This document shows, one piece after another, positions 39,506-39,653 of a DNA stretch of 39,653 bases. Source of the DNA: a virus; the UHGV virus genome UHGV-0213571. One strand, given 5' to 3'. The stretch's first letter is position 1. Every line of letters starts with the position of its first letter. The position numbers were made by a program, and so were the translations under genes. The notes under the pieces were generated by a model that saw only the letters and a list, made by a program, of their open reading frames with translations, made no database searches and was not told the DNA's origin.

Positions 39506-39653
39506 ATGACAAAACGTCGTAAGAAATACCAGGAAAAAGAAGAGATTCGACACCCTGATTCACCTGAGGGATTAGTGGTAGCCGCAGCAAATAACAGGGC
39601 GTTCGCAGAGCGCCTTGTTGGTGTTTACAGACTAGCCAAAGCAGGAGTGAAAC
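39506..39653 (+). CDS. 5' end of an O-like replication initiator gene, truncated by window end
   Basis: ORF begins about 33 bp after cII with GGAG RBS, the lambda cII-O spacing; only 49 codons visible. Confidence 0.4.
   Translation, partial: MTKRRKKYQEKEEIRHPDSPEGLVVAAANNRAFAERLVGVYRLAKAGVK

Larger units (their letters stand above)
1..39653. mobile_element. Temperate lambdoid/P22-like (podovirus-type morphogenesis) phage genome, nearly complete, phage-form gene order; window starts and ends inside replication-initiator-like genes
   Basis: Full complement of replication, nin, Q, lysis, packaging, head, ejection, tailspike, integrase, recombination and immunity genes; no host housekeeping genes. 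Confidence 0.9.

Noticed and set aside
1-39653. CRISPR arrays, rRNA genes, insertion sequences or transposases
   Set aside because: No regularly spaced direct repeats with unique spacers, no rRNA-like sequence and no transposase-like ORF seen anywhere in the window

Overview
The window reads as a nearly complete, mosaic temperate phage genome of enterobacteria (E. coli/Shigella/Salmonella type), in vegetative (phage-form) gene order, with no flanking host genes. Calls rest on reading the six-frame translations and on recognising lambda/P22 proteins and sites from memory; no database search was run. Layout: (1) replication: O-like initiator with internal iteron origin (1-891), DnaB-type helicase; (2) nin region: NinB, Dam-like N6-adenine methyltransferase, NinE, C5-cytosine methyltransferase, NinF, NinG, NinH, NinI phosphatase; (3) Q antiterminator, a pR'/6S/tR' segment and S-R-Rz/Rz1 lysis cassette that look essentially lambda-identical; (4) Rha, then a P22-like morphogenesis block (TerS, TerL, portal, scaffold, coat, gp4, gp10, tail needle, gp14, gp7, gp20, gp16, tailspike); (5) a minus-strand AT-rich polytopic membrane protein resembling a Wzy/EpsG O-antigen polymerase; (6) P4-type tyrosine integrase and AlpA-like excisionase flanking a 15-nt match to the 3' end of tRNA-Arg (argW), the likely attP core; (7) early-left operon on the minus strand (Ea22-like proteins, DUF551, RecT, cIII-like, acidic small proteins, AT-rich moron, N); (8) immunity region with nutL, OL, a small membrane protein coupled to cI, CI repressor, OR, Cro, nutR, CII and the start of an O-like gene. 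Most interesting for follow-up: the tailspike + Wzy-like serotype-conversion module, the split tRNA-like att region, the membrane protein in the repressor operon, the AT-rich moron between N and cIII, and the paired methyltransferases in the nin region. No CRISPR array, rRNA or intact tRNA gene was seen.
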